A stretch of DNA of 64,000 nt from Octopus bimaculoides (lineage: Eukaryota): positions 72,241,831-72,305,830 of the forward strand of contig NC_068985.1 in NCBI RefSeq assembly GCF_001194135.2, read 5' to 3'. Below the pieces are notes generated by a model that was not told the origin of the DNA, searched no databases, and saw only the letters and a list, made by a program, of their open reading frames with translations. Position 1 is the first letter of the stretch. The number at the start of each line of letters is the position of its first letter. Positions 11,866 to 25,851 of this stretch are shown piece by piece. Position numbers and translations under genes: made by a program.

Positions 11866-12410
11866 CCATACCACTGCATCCTTCTCTCTTGACCATACCA
11901 CTGCAGCCTTCTCTCTTGACCATACCATTGCAGCCTTCTCTCTTGACCATATCACTGCAGCCTTCTCTCTTGACCATACCACTGCAGCCTTCTCTCTTGA
12001 CCATACCACTGCAGCCTTCTCTCGACTGTACCACTGCAGCCTTCTCTCTTGACCATACCACTGCAGCCTTCTCTCTTGACCATATCACTGCAGCCTTCTC
12101 TCTTGACCATACCACTGCAACCTTCTCTCTTGACCATACCACTGCAGCCTTCTCTCTTGACCATACCATTGCAGCCTTCTCTCTTGACCATACCACTGCA
12201 GCCTTCTCTCTTGACTGTACCACTGCAGCCTTCTCTCTTGACCATACTACTGCAGCCTTTTCTCTTGACCATACTACTGCAGCCTTCTCTCTTGACCATA
12301 CTACTGCAGCCTTCTCTCTTGACCATACCACTGCAGCCTTCTCTCTTGACCATACCACTGCAGCTCTCTCTCTTGACCATACTACTGCAGTTTTCTCTCT
12401 TGCACACTAC
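11866..12410. repeat. 27-bp minisatellite, ~20 copies (CCATACCACTGCAGCCTTCTCTCTTGA)
   Basis: Directly visible head-to-tail array with no spacers. It explains the TIPLQPSLL, DHTTAAFSL, VVWSREKAA and GMVKREGCS ORFs. Confidence 0.97.
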
Positions 12411-15400
12411 ATCTGATTCTTCTTATGCCCAATTTTCCTTGCAACATATTTGCATTTTGTCCTACATGTGCACTGATGTAGCACACCCATCAGAAAATAC
12501 TTGCTTAGTTTAATTCTAGTGTTCACATATCCTCTGCATTCAGCGCCTAAGTCTACCTACAGTGTAGCATTGTTGTTTGTACACAAGCATGCAATCTACA
12601 TTTCACTCTGAGGGAGAGACTTTTTGTTACCAATTAAGGTAATAACTCCCTGGTCTTTTCTATCTTTTTCTTATTCTAGCAACTATATATATAGACACTG
12701 ATATAATCCTTGTATAAGTAAAAGCATGTTCTCAGTCGTGATAGTTACTCACATTGTATCTTGAGCAATATAAATTGTAAATTGTCTAAATGTATGAGAT
12801 GAGCTACTTTTAACAAAATTATAATTTTATAATTTATGAATTTCAATCATTAGAGAAGAAAGTTATAATACTTACATCTGCATAACATTTCAATCATTTT
12901 GATCTTCAATCATTATTAGGTGTCTTGTTTTTTGATGTGTTCAAAATACCAGACTAGATTCGAATTAGTAATTTTTTGTCTAAACTAAAAATATTAAATT
13001 TTAACTACCTAAATGTGTAGCTGTATTTTACACATATCAGTGGACTATTAGATGAAGGTATTATTAGTCTCAACTAATATAGGGTCTGAGTTCAAATCCA
13101 ATCTGATATTATGTTTATACATCTAGAAACAAGACATCTGATGCAGAATGAGATCACAACAATTGAAACATAGTATAGATATAAATGTTAAAACATTTTT
13201 CGTCGCTAAAGATGGGATTACTAGTTTGAACATCTATAACTTTATTTGCAAAAGTTCATGTTTAGTTGTCATTACTCTGAGTGTTTGCATGCAAAATTTG
13301 TAATCTTATATCAAATACTACATCAGGATTAAAGTATACATTTACACATATGTAATAATCACTAAACCACTGTCTTTTTCTCACCCTCCAGTTGTGTGTG
13401 GAGAGGGTGGGGTGATGTAACTCTGATATGTTCTCCAACAAAACACCTTTTGATCAAATAAATACCATCATCACCATCACCCTTTAACGTCTGATTTCCA
13501 TGCTAGCATGGGTTGGACAGTTTGACCAAAGCTGGACAGCTGCATCAGGTTCCAGTCTGATTTGGCTTGGTTTCGACAGTTGGGTGCTCTTCCTAATGTC
13601 AACCACTTTACAGTGTGTGCTGGGTGCTTTCACATGGCACCAGCATGGGTTCCTTTTACATGGTACCAGGCACAGGAATCTTGCTGGTCAATCATCTTCA
13701 CCAGGGGATGTCGTCTTAACACTTCTGCTGTGGAGGATGGGTCTTTAAATTATGTGACAAGAGTAAGTTTAATACTTGCTCACAAATGATTTGATCAACA
13801 TAGGAATTGTACGAATCATTGTGTCCTTCCTTTGCTAAGATGATAGGATGAGATTTGGAAAATTAGGTTTCCCACCACCAAAAACAAATTGATCAGCTGC
13901 CTAGAAATCTGCTGTTCCAAGTGTTTTGACATGTATTTATATGAGAGTAAGTCTCCAATTGAATGCCAATACAGCAATTTATTCTTAGATAAAAAAAAAA
14001 AAAGAAATAGCTGATTTTTAATTAATGATTAATGAGAAATTATGAATACAATATTTAAGCTGGCAAAATTCTAGTCCTCTTTCTTTTTTATTACAGCTTT
14101 TATTATTTGTTTATCAATTAATTAGTTCTAGTTAAATTTTGTGGAAATGTTCCACAAAAATATTGAAATAAAGCTACTTTTCCTTCATTGACTTCACCAG
14201 GAGTTATTCAATGTTTTAGAAGTTGAAGATAATGCTGGGAAGGGAAACGGGATGAAATGGTTATGTCATGGGCTGAAGAATAAAATAATCACTGGGTGAG
14301 AAGAGTAATAGAAATGAATGTGGAAGAATGTAGGAGAAGTGTAACACAGAGAAAGACATGGCTAAAGGTAATGGAAGAGAAAATGAGGGAAAGGGATTTA
14401 ATGATGAGAGATGTAAGGGATAGGACAAAATGGAGAAGATGTCCAAGGTTCCTCTCCTTTGAAAGCTAGCATTTGTTTTGGCTAGAAAAATGGTCTTAAA
14501 CATTTGTTGCTTTTGTTTGCTCTGGGATATAATTATATGTTTGGGATATATTTATTTGATATTTTTAGCAGGTCATGTCAGAACACAAAACCTCTCTTTC
14601 TGGCTAAAATATTATTGTTGCTGTTGTTTATTCCCCAGGTTAACTCTCATATAGTAGACCTGTTGTAAAGGCAACACAGCTGTGACCATTTTGTTATTTT
14701 AAGAGTATCTAGGAGTACAATATCTAATGCACCTGTGATTTGAAGGAGGCTCTTTGAATTATATCTGTAGCAAGTCAAGCAACTATTCAGAAACTTCATG
14801 TATGTGTAATTCCGTCTCTGAATAGGTGTATGAATGGGTGTACAGATAAGTCAGTTAAAGACGAAGTGGAACAGCGGAGGAACAGAAGCAAAAAAGAGGA
14901 AATAGAGGAGCATAAAATATTAAGACGGTCAGGTGCTTGCTCTTTACCATTGCTGCCCTCAAAATAACAGAGAAGTGTTTTCTTTTAAAAAAGAAAAAAC
15001 CCCTTTCATCATCCATCCTGTAAAAGGAATACCCCTATAGATTACTGCAGCATGGCATGGCATGAATAAATATCTATACATTGTGTGTGTCTATATACAC
15101 ACACACATATACACATACATAGTACATTGTGTTGGATGTGTCTATATGTGTATGATAAAAATCATGTAAGCATGAAACTTAGTGGCAGTGCTGGTCGGGA
15201 TGATGATGGTCTTGACAATGGTCATGATCATGATGATGATCATGAAAAAGGTAAATATCTAGTTGTCATTGAATTCTGGCTCATACCTGATCTAACAAAG
15301 CTATGATCAAATGCATTTTTGCTATGGTCATCCTACTCCATATTTTGTTTTCCCCTCTTTTTTTTTTTTTTTTTTTTTTTTGGTCCACATGTTGTATTTG

Positions 15401-17322
15401 CTACTTGTTTTCCCAATGTTTCATTTATTTTTCAAGATGGCAGGGTGTAATTTCAAAGAAATTTATTTACTCTCTTTAGCTGATCAAGCAACTCTTATTG
15501 GGTCATGAACAAACTATACTTTTTCAAGTACAAATTAATCTCAAATCAAATTAAAATAAACCTGAAGTAAATTAAAATTGTTATGAAGCAAATTAAAATA
15601 AACTCAAAATATTTTAAATCTGTTCTCTAATTAAATAGTTCCATCAAAACACATTTCTGATGCCTTTATCTAATGAGTAATAAATTAAAGTTTAAATTTG
15701 TCTTGCAAAACGTCTTAAACATGTATCAAAAAACCTTTCTTGATTTCACTGGAATCATCTGTTTAAGAATTGTTAGTCTAACTCTGAAAGCAATTTGCTT
15801 CAGTGGGACAGAATCCATATATCAAGAGTAAATGTTCTTATACTTCGATATTAATTGTGAGTAAGGTGACAAACTGCCCGGATCATTAGCATGCTGGGGA
15901 TGATGCTTGGTGACATTTTGTCTGTCCTTATGTTCTGAGTTCAAATTCCAACTTTGCCTTTCATCCTTTTGGGATTGGTAAAGTAAGTACCAGTTAATCA
16001 CTAGGGTTATTGTAATCGACTTAGCCCCTCCACCAAAATTGCTGGGCTTGTGCCAAAATTTGAAACCAATATTAATTGTGAGTATTCGCAGGGACTATAA
16101 GATGAGGATTTAGCCATACGTCAGTCCTGGGCCCATGATTATTTGCTATGTCACTCTCTAAAGTCAAAATCTTCACAGCCTACTTGAATTTTATTTGAGT
16201 AGACCTCCCACTTTCCTATGCTCACAAAGCAATCTTGTTCCATATTATCAAATTTCTCTCTGATACTCTGAGTATTTATTTAACCATGCCTTGGCCATTT
16301 CCAGAGTTCCAGTATGTACATTCAATTGCATGCTGTTATTTTCTTAATAGTGTGTGCCGCAGTAATGGCTCCCCAATCTTCTCATTCAGCAGTAGGTGGT
16401 ACAATATATTCGAGTCTCAAGAGCGTATTTCTTGTGTACTCCCACAACCCTCTTGCTTCTCTTTTTGACACCCCATGAAATATCAGTTCTCATAACTTAA
16501 AATAAGTCATCATTACTTTGAGATTGACATTTGTTATTCATAAGTAAATGTGACCTTAAGTCTGATGATGATATGGATTGAAGTTTAAAAGGAATCAGCA
16601 TAAGTGCAAACAATTCAAATAAATGTCTACTACGTTTTATCTAAATATCTACTATTCAATTTGCTACTAGATTATTTTAATTTGCTCTGAGATTATTTTA
16701 ATTTGCCCTGGGATTATTTTAATTTGTTTTGAGGTCATTTTAATTTACTTCAAATATATATTGATTTGCTTTGAGATTATTTTAATTTGTTCTTAAATAG
16801 GTGTAGTATTTGCTATAGAATGATAAAACAGAATGCAGATTTTATGTATTTTCAATTACCTTGTTCAAGCGTCTTTATACTTTTGCGATTAGCTAAAGCA
16901 AAAAGGAAAATAATTAACAACTGTTTAATGATACATACAGTGTCAGTGCTGCATACAGCAATGAACCAAACCTTCTCATGAAACTTATTTACATCTAGTG
17001 AACTGAGCCAGTGAGAGCTAACAGTCTTGTCCACATACTTTGTATATAACCTGTAAAATTAATATCAACCTTCAATCCTTCAGCTAATTTCCTGCCAGGT
17101 TATCAATTCTGACAGCAGTAAATTCAGAAGAAATCCACATGTGCTTGCACATGCATATATGCATGTGTGTGTATATGTATATATGTGCACCTTTGTGCAT
17201 GTACATATATCTGTATATGTGAGTGTGTGGGTGTGTGTGCACACATGCTGAAACAGACACTCACACACATGTAAATGTATGTAAATATATATATATATAT
17301 ATATATATACTCTGTGTGTTTT

Positions 17323-17372
<50 letters not shown>

Positions 17373-18011
17373 TTTGATTTGATATGACCAAATCCGTAAC
17401 AATAAATGCTTTAACGATATACTATAATAGAATTAAATATTCCTATATTTACCAAAATTTATTTCTATTCTCTATTTAACATGAGATGAAAGATATCAAA
17501 AACTAATTGTCTGTTTGCATTAATTAACCATGCACCATTTGATGAGTTTGGGGGTTTTTTGCTGTTTTATTCTATTTAATTCCTTCTTTTTTTTTCTTTG
17601 TGAGTAACCCCTGCAGCTTCTTTTATGCCTCCTGCTCCTACTTTCATTTCTTTTCTCTCTCTTTTTCCTTCTAATTCTTTTTCATTCTTATTGTGTCTAC
17701 TTCTTCCACTTTCTTTCTCATTGTTTCTTCCTTTTCTTTTCTTATAGTTATTTTCTCTCTTTTTTGCTTTATCTTTTTCTTTTCACTTTCATTCTTTTTC
17801 TTCTCTTTTCTTATTCTGTCTTTCCCTTTCTTATTCAATCTTTTACCTTCATTTTCCTTCTTCTTCTTACTACTACTGCTACTACTACTATTATTGCCAC
17901 TACAACTACTAATATTTTTATTTTTTATTTATTTTTTCCATATCTATTTTCAAATAACAATAGTAACACAGACACTATTCAATAGAAAAACAAAATGCAT
18001 TATTATTATCA

Positions 18012-18042
<31 letters not shown>

Positions 18043-18351
18043 TATTATTATTGTTGTTGTTGTTACTATTGTCATTATTATTAATCCACTTCCATTCTCA
18101 TTTCCTAATTTTTCCTTCTCATTCATGCTCCTTCCTTTTTCATTTTATTCTTTGCTATTTTTAAAAAATTATGTTATCTTTATTTTTGTATCTTTTACTT
18201 GCTTATTTTCTTTTTCTTTACCTCCTCTTCCATTCCCCTTATTTTACCTACTCTGCCCCTTTTACCCCTTCCCCTTTTTTCCTTTTCCATTTCTATTTTT
18301 CATCATATTTATCTAATTCTTTTTTTATGTCTTTCTTATCATCAATCTTAC

Positions 18352-18397
<46 letters not shown>

Positions 18398-20029
18398 TTG
18401 TTTGCTGTTTAGTCTATTTTGCCCTTCTTTCCTTCTCACAGAAACATCTCAAATGAATGCCTCTCAGCTAATTCTTGAAACTAATCAATTAGATATATTG
18501 TAAAATTATTTTAAAATATTCTGACCATGCCATCATCGTTATTACCAGTGCCATCCATGCCTTTTGTTTGGTTTCTCCAGCTGTTGTTGAATGTTTCAAC
18601 CACTCTGGGACAATACACCACCAACTTTTGTCCTCATACTGTGTCAACCATCCAACAAGCCTACTACTATTGCAACTGCTGCTGCTATTCATTCTTTTCA
18701 GGATCTGAATGTCACATGTTCATTGTTTCTCTGTTCATCTTGCACTTGTATGTGAACTTCACTATGTGTGTGTGTGTGTGTTTGTTTGTTTGTTGTTGTT
18801 GTTGTTGTTCTCATACAAGAAAACTGATATTTGGAGCTTCAAGGATAGCTGAAGCTGGCTATGACAGTTATTTGTCTAAGTATGCTCTCCTGAGAATTTG
18901 TGTGTGTGTGTGTATTCTGCTCATACAATAAGTGATATTTGTAACAAAAGTAGTATATAAATACAGTATTTATTTCATTATTTAATCTGAAGACAAGGAA
19001 CAATACCTTTGGCCTTTGCAAGCCTTCACAGACTGATATAGTTGTTTTGTCTTTTAGTCACAAGTCAGTGCTAATCAAGCAGACATACAATCAAAGGCAT
19101 CCTATCCGTGACCATTCTCTCTTTTTTCTGTATATTAGTGAGTATAGTTGTCAATTTGTCCTTTATTTAAGACAGTAGTGTATAATTTGAGGAAGATAGT
19201 GCTGCTATTTCTTACAGGTCAAGTGACCATTATAGAGTCTTGGTGTGCTTGATGCTGATAGTTTGAACCTCTACAGATGGATGTCACTTAAGAGAATATG
19301 GAGAGAAAGATGGAGGGAGCAGAGCTCAGTACTGAGGAGGAAGGTTTGGGTGATATGTCAAATGAAGAGACAAAAGGAGAATACAGTGCTGTGTTAGGTT
19401 CATGGTCATAGCATATAGGTAAATGAAGGCTACATAGGTTTAGTATCATATTACACTCCTACCTCTGATCACTCACCATTTCACTCCAACTTCTGCTTCA
19501 TACATGCATTGTTTATTTGCTCTGTCTTTTCTAACTCAATTTCAGTGACTTTCTAATCCTCAGAGCTAGCTGGTTCCAAACTACCTTCATACATGAATAT
19601 ACACTTAGGCCCTCCTCTTCACTCATCTCTCCTCCTCTCATCGTTTATATTGTATCTGCCCACCAGAATCTGTACTTACGACTTCACCCAATCTCTCAGA
19701 ACATCATCCCTCCAGTATCCCCCTTTGTCCTCAGGTTTCTTTTTTCCATATCTTCAAATTTTGACTTTCAATTATTCAAAAAGAATAGCAGTTACATCAA
19801 CCTCACCTGGCCAACAAAGGTCATGAGCTCACCCATTTCTCTATTAAAAATAACTGTGAATTTAAGCATTGATTTCTCCCTTTCTTGGTTTCAAATTCAA
19901 AATCTACCAGAGTCAGCTTTGTCTTTTATTCCTCCAGGTTTGATCATATAAAATCCAGTAAATTATAATTGTTACTAATTGAATGAAAAAAGGATCTTTA
20001 TATTTTGTCAAATGTAATTAGAATAGTAC

Positions 20030-20185
20030 CTATTCCATCAACCAAATAGTACCTATTCCACACATATGGTGGTGGTGATGGTACATATTCCATCAACCAA
20101 ATGGTGGTGGTGGTGATGGTAAATATTCCATCAACCAAATGGTGGTGGTGGTGGTGGTACATATTCCATCAACCAAATGGTGGTT
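20030..20185. repeat. ~38-bp minisatellite, 3-4 copies (ATATTCCATCAACCAAATGGTGGTGGTGGTGRTGGTAM)
   Basis: Directly visible tandem units with variable (GGT)n. Confidence 0.85.
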
Positions 20186-20249
20186 GTAGTGGTGGTGGTT
20201 GTGGCAGCAGCAGCAGTAATGGTTGTTATATTTGTTATTTATCTCATGA

Positions 20250-20650
20250 CTGCCCTAGTTGAGCTTACCTATGATCAAAAGGCATTCTCACTGTGACCAC
20301 CCTGTCTTTTTTTTTTTTGACACAGTATATCTAGGACTTATCCTAACTGTAATTCCTTTTTCATGATGTTAGGTTGTGACCTGAGGGAGATTTCATTGCT
20401 ATTTCTCGCTGATCAGGCAACCACTTTGAGGTTTCCTTCAAACATTCACTGATGTTGAAGACCACCCCTGCTTGAGCTAATATATGAACAAAGGCATTTC
20501 AGCCATGACCTACTCATCTTTTCCATATTTGTAGGCAGTCAAAGACTACAATATTTAATGTGTCCTTTCCTGAAACATTGGAGCATTAAAGATTTAAGGA
20601 AGATTTAATCGTTGTTTCTAGCAGGTTGAGCAACCACATAGAATCTCCCT
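20250..20650 (+). repeat. Interspersed family D (cctatgatcaaaggcattc.a.ccatgacc...tatctagga...gctatttctagcagg), two adjacent copies
   Basis: Recurs at ~14625-14770, 19075-19230, 49570-49750 (-), 50270-50450 (-), 50460-50780 and 63500-63570. Class not determined. Confidence 0.6.
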
Positions 20651-21400
20651 TTCTGGCTCATGTCTCAAATAGAAGCTATGCACATGTCTGTATATGTTTT
20701 TTGCATGCATGATTGTGTGTGTGTGTGAAAAGCAGTAATAGCTTCTTCAGTTGTAACTCAAGGCTAGGCAATGTAAATTTTAACCTACTGTTTTGTTTTT
20801 TTTTACATTATTGTTTTATTTACATTTACTCTCCATCCTAATATATTTCCATGATTCCAGTTCGTTCCCTTCTAAATTTAAATGTCAAATTCCCCCTGAG
20901 TCCCTGTCTATTTTCCCTACCTCCACCCTCATTCCAACCATTACCATTAAATTTTGATCACAACTGAAATTTTCAACAACTTTCACTTGTTGTTGTTATT
21001 ACCACTGTTATTACCACCTTCAGGCCAAAGCAAATGGCATCCCTGCCATAACTATCTACTGCTTTTTTGTTTTTTTTTCATTGTGTCCTTTTTGTTTCAG
21101 ACATTAGAATGTTGTCATGCTGAGGCACTATGTTGAAGGATTTAGTTGAACAAATCAATCCTAGAGCTTATTTTTATCAAAGTCTAGTACTTATTCTATC
21201 TTTCCCCAAACTGCTAACTTATGGTTGTCAAACAGGGAAACACGCACATACATATACATGCATGGTGATCTTCCATACAGTTTCCGTCAACCAAAATTCA
21301 CTCAAGGGATATTGGTTGGCCCAGGGCTGTACTAGAAGATGCTATGCAGTAGGACTGAGCCTAAAACCATTTGGTTGAAAAGTGATCTTCTTAACCATAC

Positions 21401-21441
<41 letters not shown>

Positions 21442-22953
21442 AATAATAGTAATAATAATATAATCAGCTTCAGCCATTTAAAAAAAAAGGGAAAGGAATA
21501 TTTATATTTGTATGATTCTTTTTATAGTCAGACTACTTTGCATACTTCAGTCTCTCCCCATTGCTCTCCGTATACATGCTTGTTTCCATACATACATACA
21601 TACATACATACATACATACCCCACTTGTTGTTTTGCTATTAAAAGCATGTTTCAAGACAGACATTTTGACTCTTATCTGAGGCTGGTTCTCCTAGTTGAA
21701 TCAGTTGAAAAACTCCAAGGGAAGCTTGCAATCTGATACAGATATGCACATATTTATTTACATATACACAGTTGTATAAACCACACAGAAACACACATTT
21801 TGAACAGCCATGTCTTGCAAATGCCTTCATATTTTATTTATACTGTTGAAATCATTTCCATACATTACAAGGTGGCATTTTTCAATATATCCGCTGCAAA
21901 ATTTTGTATAAACTGAAAATAAAATTAATTAGAATAGAACTTAATATATTAATAATATATCAATCTGGTATGTTAACTCTAGTGAAAGAAAAAGTCTTAA
22001 TCAATAACAGCTTCTTTTATTATGTTGCCAACCAATCTTTCTTTTACTATTTTGCTGATTTCAATCATTGGATTGCAGCCATGCTGTGGCACCAGCTTCA
22101 AGAAGTGAATGTTAGAGTTGCTTTTTGTCATTTGACCTGCCAGAAATAGAAGCCAAACTTTCTAAATCATCTTCAGATCCTATCCTGTTGTCTTAATCAA
22201 AGATATGATGAGCATTGTAGACTTTGGTTTAAAATAATCAGGTCACAGACAGAATGCTTTCAATTACAGGTTTTAAAGGGTTTGCCTGGGTCTAAAACAA
22301 TAGAAATGGCAATAATAACAATGATCACCATCATTTAGTTGATTATAGTTACCCTTATAATTGTAGTTTGTTACATCATTTATCAACTTGAGAAGGATGA
22401 AATGCAATGTGGACCAGGGTGGGAATCCAAACTCATATGCAAAGGGAATGACTAAATACCATGTGGTGTTTAGCACAATACTCACCCAATTCACTATAAC
22501 ATTACTCATTCATTAGATCAACAGGTCCATTGTTTGAACTTGAACTTCTAACTTGATTATTTGCTGTACAGCCACATTAGTATTTACACTACAAACAGAA
22601 TGAAGCAAAAACGTTAAAAAAAACAATGTCATATCCATTTCCAAGGCAAAAAAAAATAACAAACAAAAAAGGGAGGGGAGCTGATCATCATTTTGTTTAG
22701 TGTTCTTTTTGTTTTGTTTTGTTCTTTTTTTTATTTATTTCTTTTATTTATCATTTTGCACCTTTGACAACTCTGATACAGGTACCTTCAGACTGCAGTC
22801 AGTGTATACATTATTGCCACATGGAACCTCAGGTAAACATAGTTTAGCTTTTGTGAATATAAGTGGGTGGGTGAGGGGGCATGTTTGCATGGACATACAT
22901 CTAAGTGTCTACATGAATGTATAATAACATATTATCACATGCATACACATTAT

Positions 22954-22995
<42 letters not shown>

Positions 22996-23242
22996 GATAT
23001 ATGTATAATGATATATGTATGTGTATGTATACATATATGCATGTATATGTGTCTTATATATACATACACACATATTTTTTATTTTCCAAGATAGGGATGA
23101 ACACCTGTGTCCCATGAGGCAAGCATGATAATTGCTGAGATTTCTCTCAGCATGTTAACCTACAAATAAAGAATATTTATCCACCAATGCAGTTTGAGCA
23201 CTCATTCTCAGTGTTCGATAATAGCATGTGTGTATGAGTGTG

Positions 23243-23290
<48 letters not shown>

Positions 23291-23561
23291 TATAATAACA
23301 TATATTGTATAACTACAAAAATTGTTAGCTCCAAAATTTTAAGAATATCACCTATTACCACAGGATCACCTGAATAACACCAGAGAATAGAACAGTTGAA
23401 ATGTTAGATGTCTGTCATATTCAATAATTTTTTTTTTTAAATATATTTCAAACTAAACACTTTATTCAGTCTATGGAGGTAGATTCTTCTCCTTCGACTG
23501 TCTATGCCAGATATTGGCTATTCTCATGTTTGTGATGTTACTTGCATAAACCTAGTGTGTG

Positions 23562-23634
<73 letters not shown>

Positions 23635-23715
23635 ATCATTTCACTGACTCAGAAATATCTCTGGCAACCTACTCTAGTGAATTGAATAAAGGGTTTGAAA
23701 TTCTGAGAACATTAC

Positions 23716-23775
23716 CAAATGTAGCAGGTAGCTGATGAAGGCTGCTGAGTACAAAAACCAAAACATTATCTATGT
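23716..23775 (+). ncRNA. Decayed minimal hammerhead motif, probably inactive
   Basis: gtag CTGATGA aggctgctgagtacaaaaacc AAAACATT, explicable as ...ccGAAACGTT with two CpG>CpA transitions. Confidence 0.4.
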
Positions 23776-24554
23776 AACAACAACTGGTTTGAGAATTCTA
23801 GTCCTTATATGTTAGTGTATAATATTTCTTTATCTTAGATGGTAATTATTCATCCCAGAAATTCAAACAAATTTTACTTTACCATTACTTTTAAGTAGCA
23901 TTGTATTTATGTCTTGTAATAACTTTGTAGAGAACATAAGATTGACTAAATGTAATATTTCTGATCTATAGTTCTCAGGATAACATACTGATAGCTTTTT
24001 ATCTAATATCAAACTCTCAGTTTTGATTACAAATGTACAGTAGGATGAAGCTATTATTTATGCATGTATGCCCATGTGAGGGAGAGAGTGTCTTTATGCA
24101 TATATATATATATATATCAACTCAGATACTCCAATAACTGGTGCAATACTTTAACAAGATTACTAACAGATTTGAAAGAAAGTTATCTTTCTTTGTTTCT
24201 ATGCGATATCTTTAAACACTGTGGCCAATTTTTTGTTTTTAAAATTTCTTTTGAAATATAACACAGATATCTTCCACAGAAGTAACCTATAAAGCTATTG
24301 TTAAACCTGAGAGGAAGGTAACTATTTTATGTCTCAGCTTGTTTTATTTCAAGCATTATGATGCTGATGATGATCACATGAAAGAATGCATTCTATACAG
24401 AAATAGTTGCTTAAAACAATAATTATAATAATAGGAGAAATTGTAATTATTAATAATGATTTCTTTATAAAAGTAATCAACGACAAAAGCAAGAATATTG
24501 ACAAAAATATAGCAGTAGTAATTATAAGAATATTAATATTGATATCAGTAGTTA

Positions 24555-24588
<34 letters not shown>

Positions 24589-24734
24589 TGTAATGGTGGC
24601 GGCTTTGGTAGTAGTATTACCTTTTTCTCATTTTTGTTGCATTTATTTATTTTGTTAAATTTATTTAGATGATGATGATGATGGTAATAATGATAATAAT
24701 AATAATAATAGTAATAATAATAATCCTTTCTACT

Positions 24735-25169
24735 ATAGGCACAAAGTTTGAAATTTGGGGGAGGCAACAGTCAATTACATCGACCTCAGTACTCAACTGG
24801 TATTATTTTATAGACCACAAAAGGATGAAAGGCAAAGTGAACCTCAGCAGAATTTTAACTCAGAAAATTAAGATGTATGAAATGCTGCTAAGCATTTCAC
24901 CCATCATTCAAATGATTCTGCCAGTTAAATAATAATGGTTTCAAATTTTGGCACAAAGCCAGCAAATGATTTTAAATTTTGGCAATTCTGAAGGAAAGGG
25001 GAAGTTGACTAACATTGACTCCAGTGCTTAAATGGTACTTATTTTATTGTCCCCCATAAGATGAAAAGCAAAGTGGACCTCAATGGAATTTGAACTCAGA
25101 ACATAAAGATAAATGAAATTCCACTGACATTTTGCCCAACATGTTAATGGTTCTGCCAGCTCACTGCCT

Positions 25170-25170
<1 letters not shown>
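24735..25170 (-). mobile_element. Two adjacent minus-strand SINE family A copies
   Basis: Reverse complement of the family A core at ~24735-24925 and ~24940-25170. Further minus copies at ~28540-28740, 30605-30775 and 30795-30995. Confidence 0.7.
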
Positions 25171-25295
<125 letters not shown>

Positions 25296-25399
25296 TTACC
25301 ATCTGTAAATAACACATACTGAACACATTTAAGTGATATATTGAACCACATGAGACTTGGATACAAATGCTATAAGATGATAATCAACTACACTTTGTA

Positions 25400-25790
25400 T
25401 GTAGATGACCATGTTGCATGCTACAGATGAGAAATACTTCGAAATACAAAAAGTATAGAGATTTATTTATTACAAGAATTACTACAAGGATTCATATTAG
25501 AAAAATTCATTGAGGCAACCTTAAAGAGAAATAAATTAAACCAGAAATATTATGCTGGGTAAAGAAACAAATACTTTGGAATCAATGAACTTGATGAAGG
25601 ATAGTATACATGACTGAAAGAAAGGTTTGGAAAAGAATATCATAAATGTGTTAAATTAACACTTAAACTGTGCTAAATACAAAAAATACAAAGAAAAAAG
25701 ACATTAATACTGTAGCTGTCCCAGCACTAAGTTATATTTATAATATTCTCAGTTTGAACACTGAAGAAATAACAATCATCATCATCATCA

Positions 25791-25851
<61 letters not shown>

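Noticed and set aside
11866-12410. CRISPR-like array or repeat protein
   Set aside because: Units are contiguous with no unique spacers, the context is eukaryotic, and there are no cas genes or splice signals.
22486-22588. Minus-strand segment with strong acceptor and GTGAGT donor
   Set aside because: All three frames contain stops between these sites; only ad hoc alternative sites rescue a frame.
24365-24400. CTGATGA...GAAA within a (GAT)n-like tract
   Set aside because: Arises from a trinucleotide repeat; no stems or NUH site.
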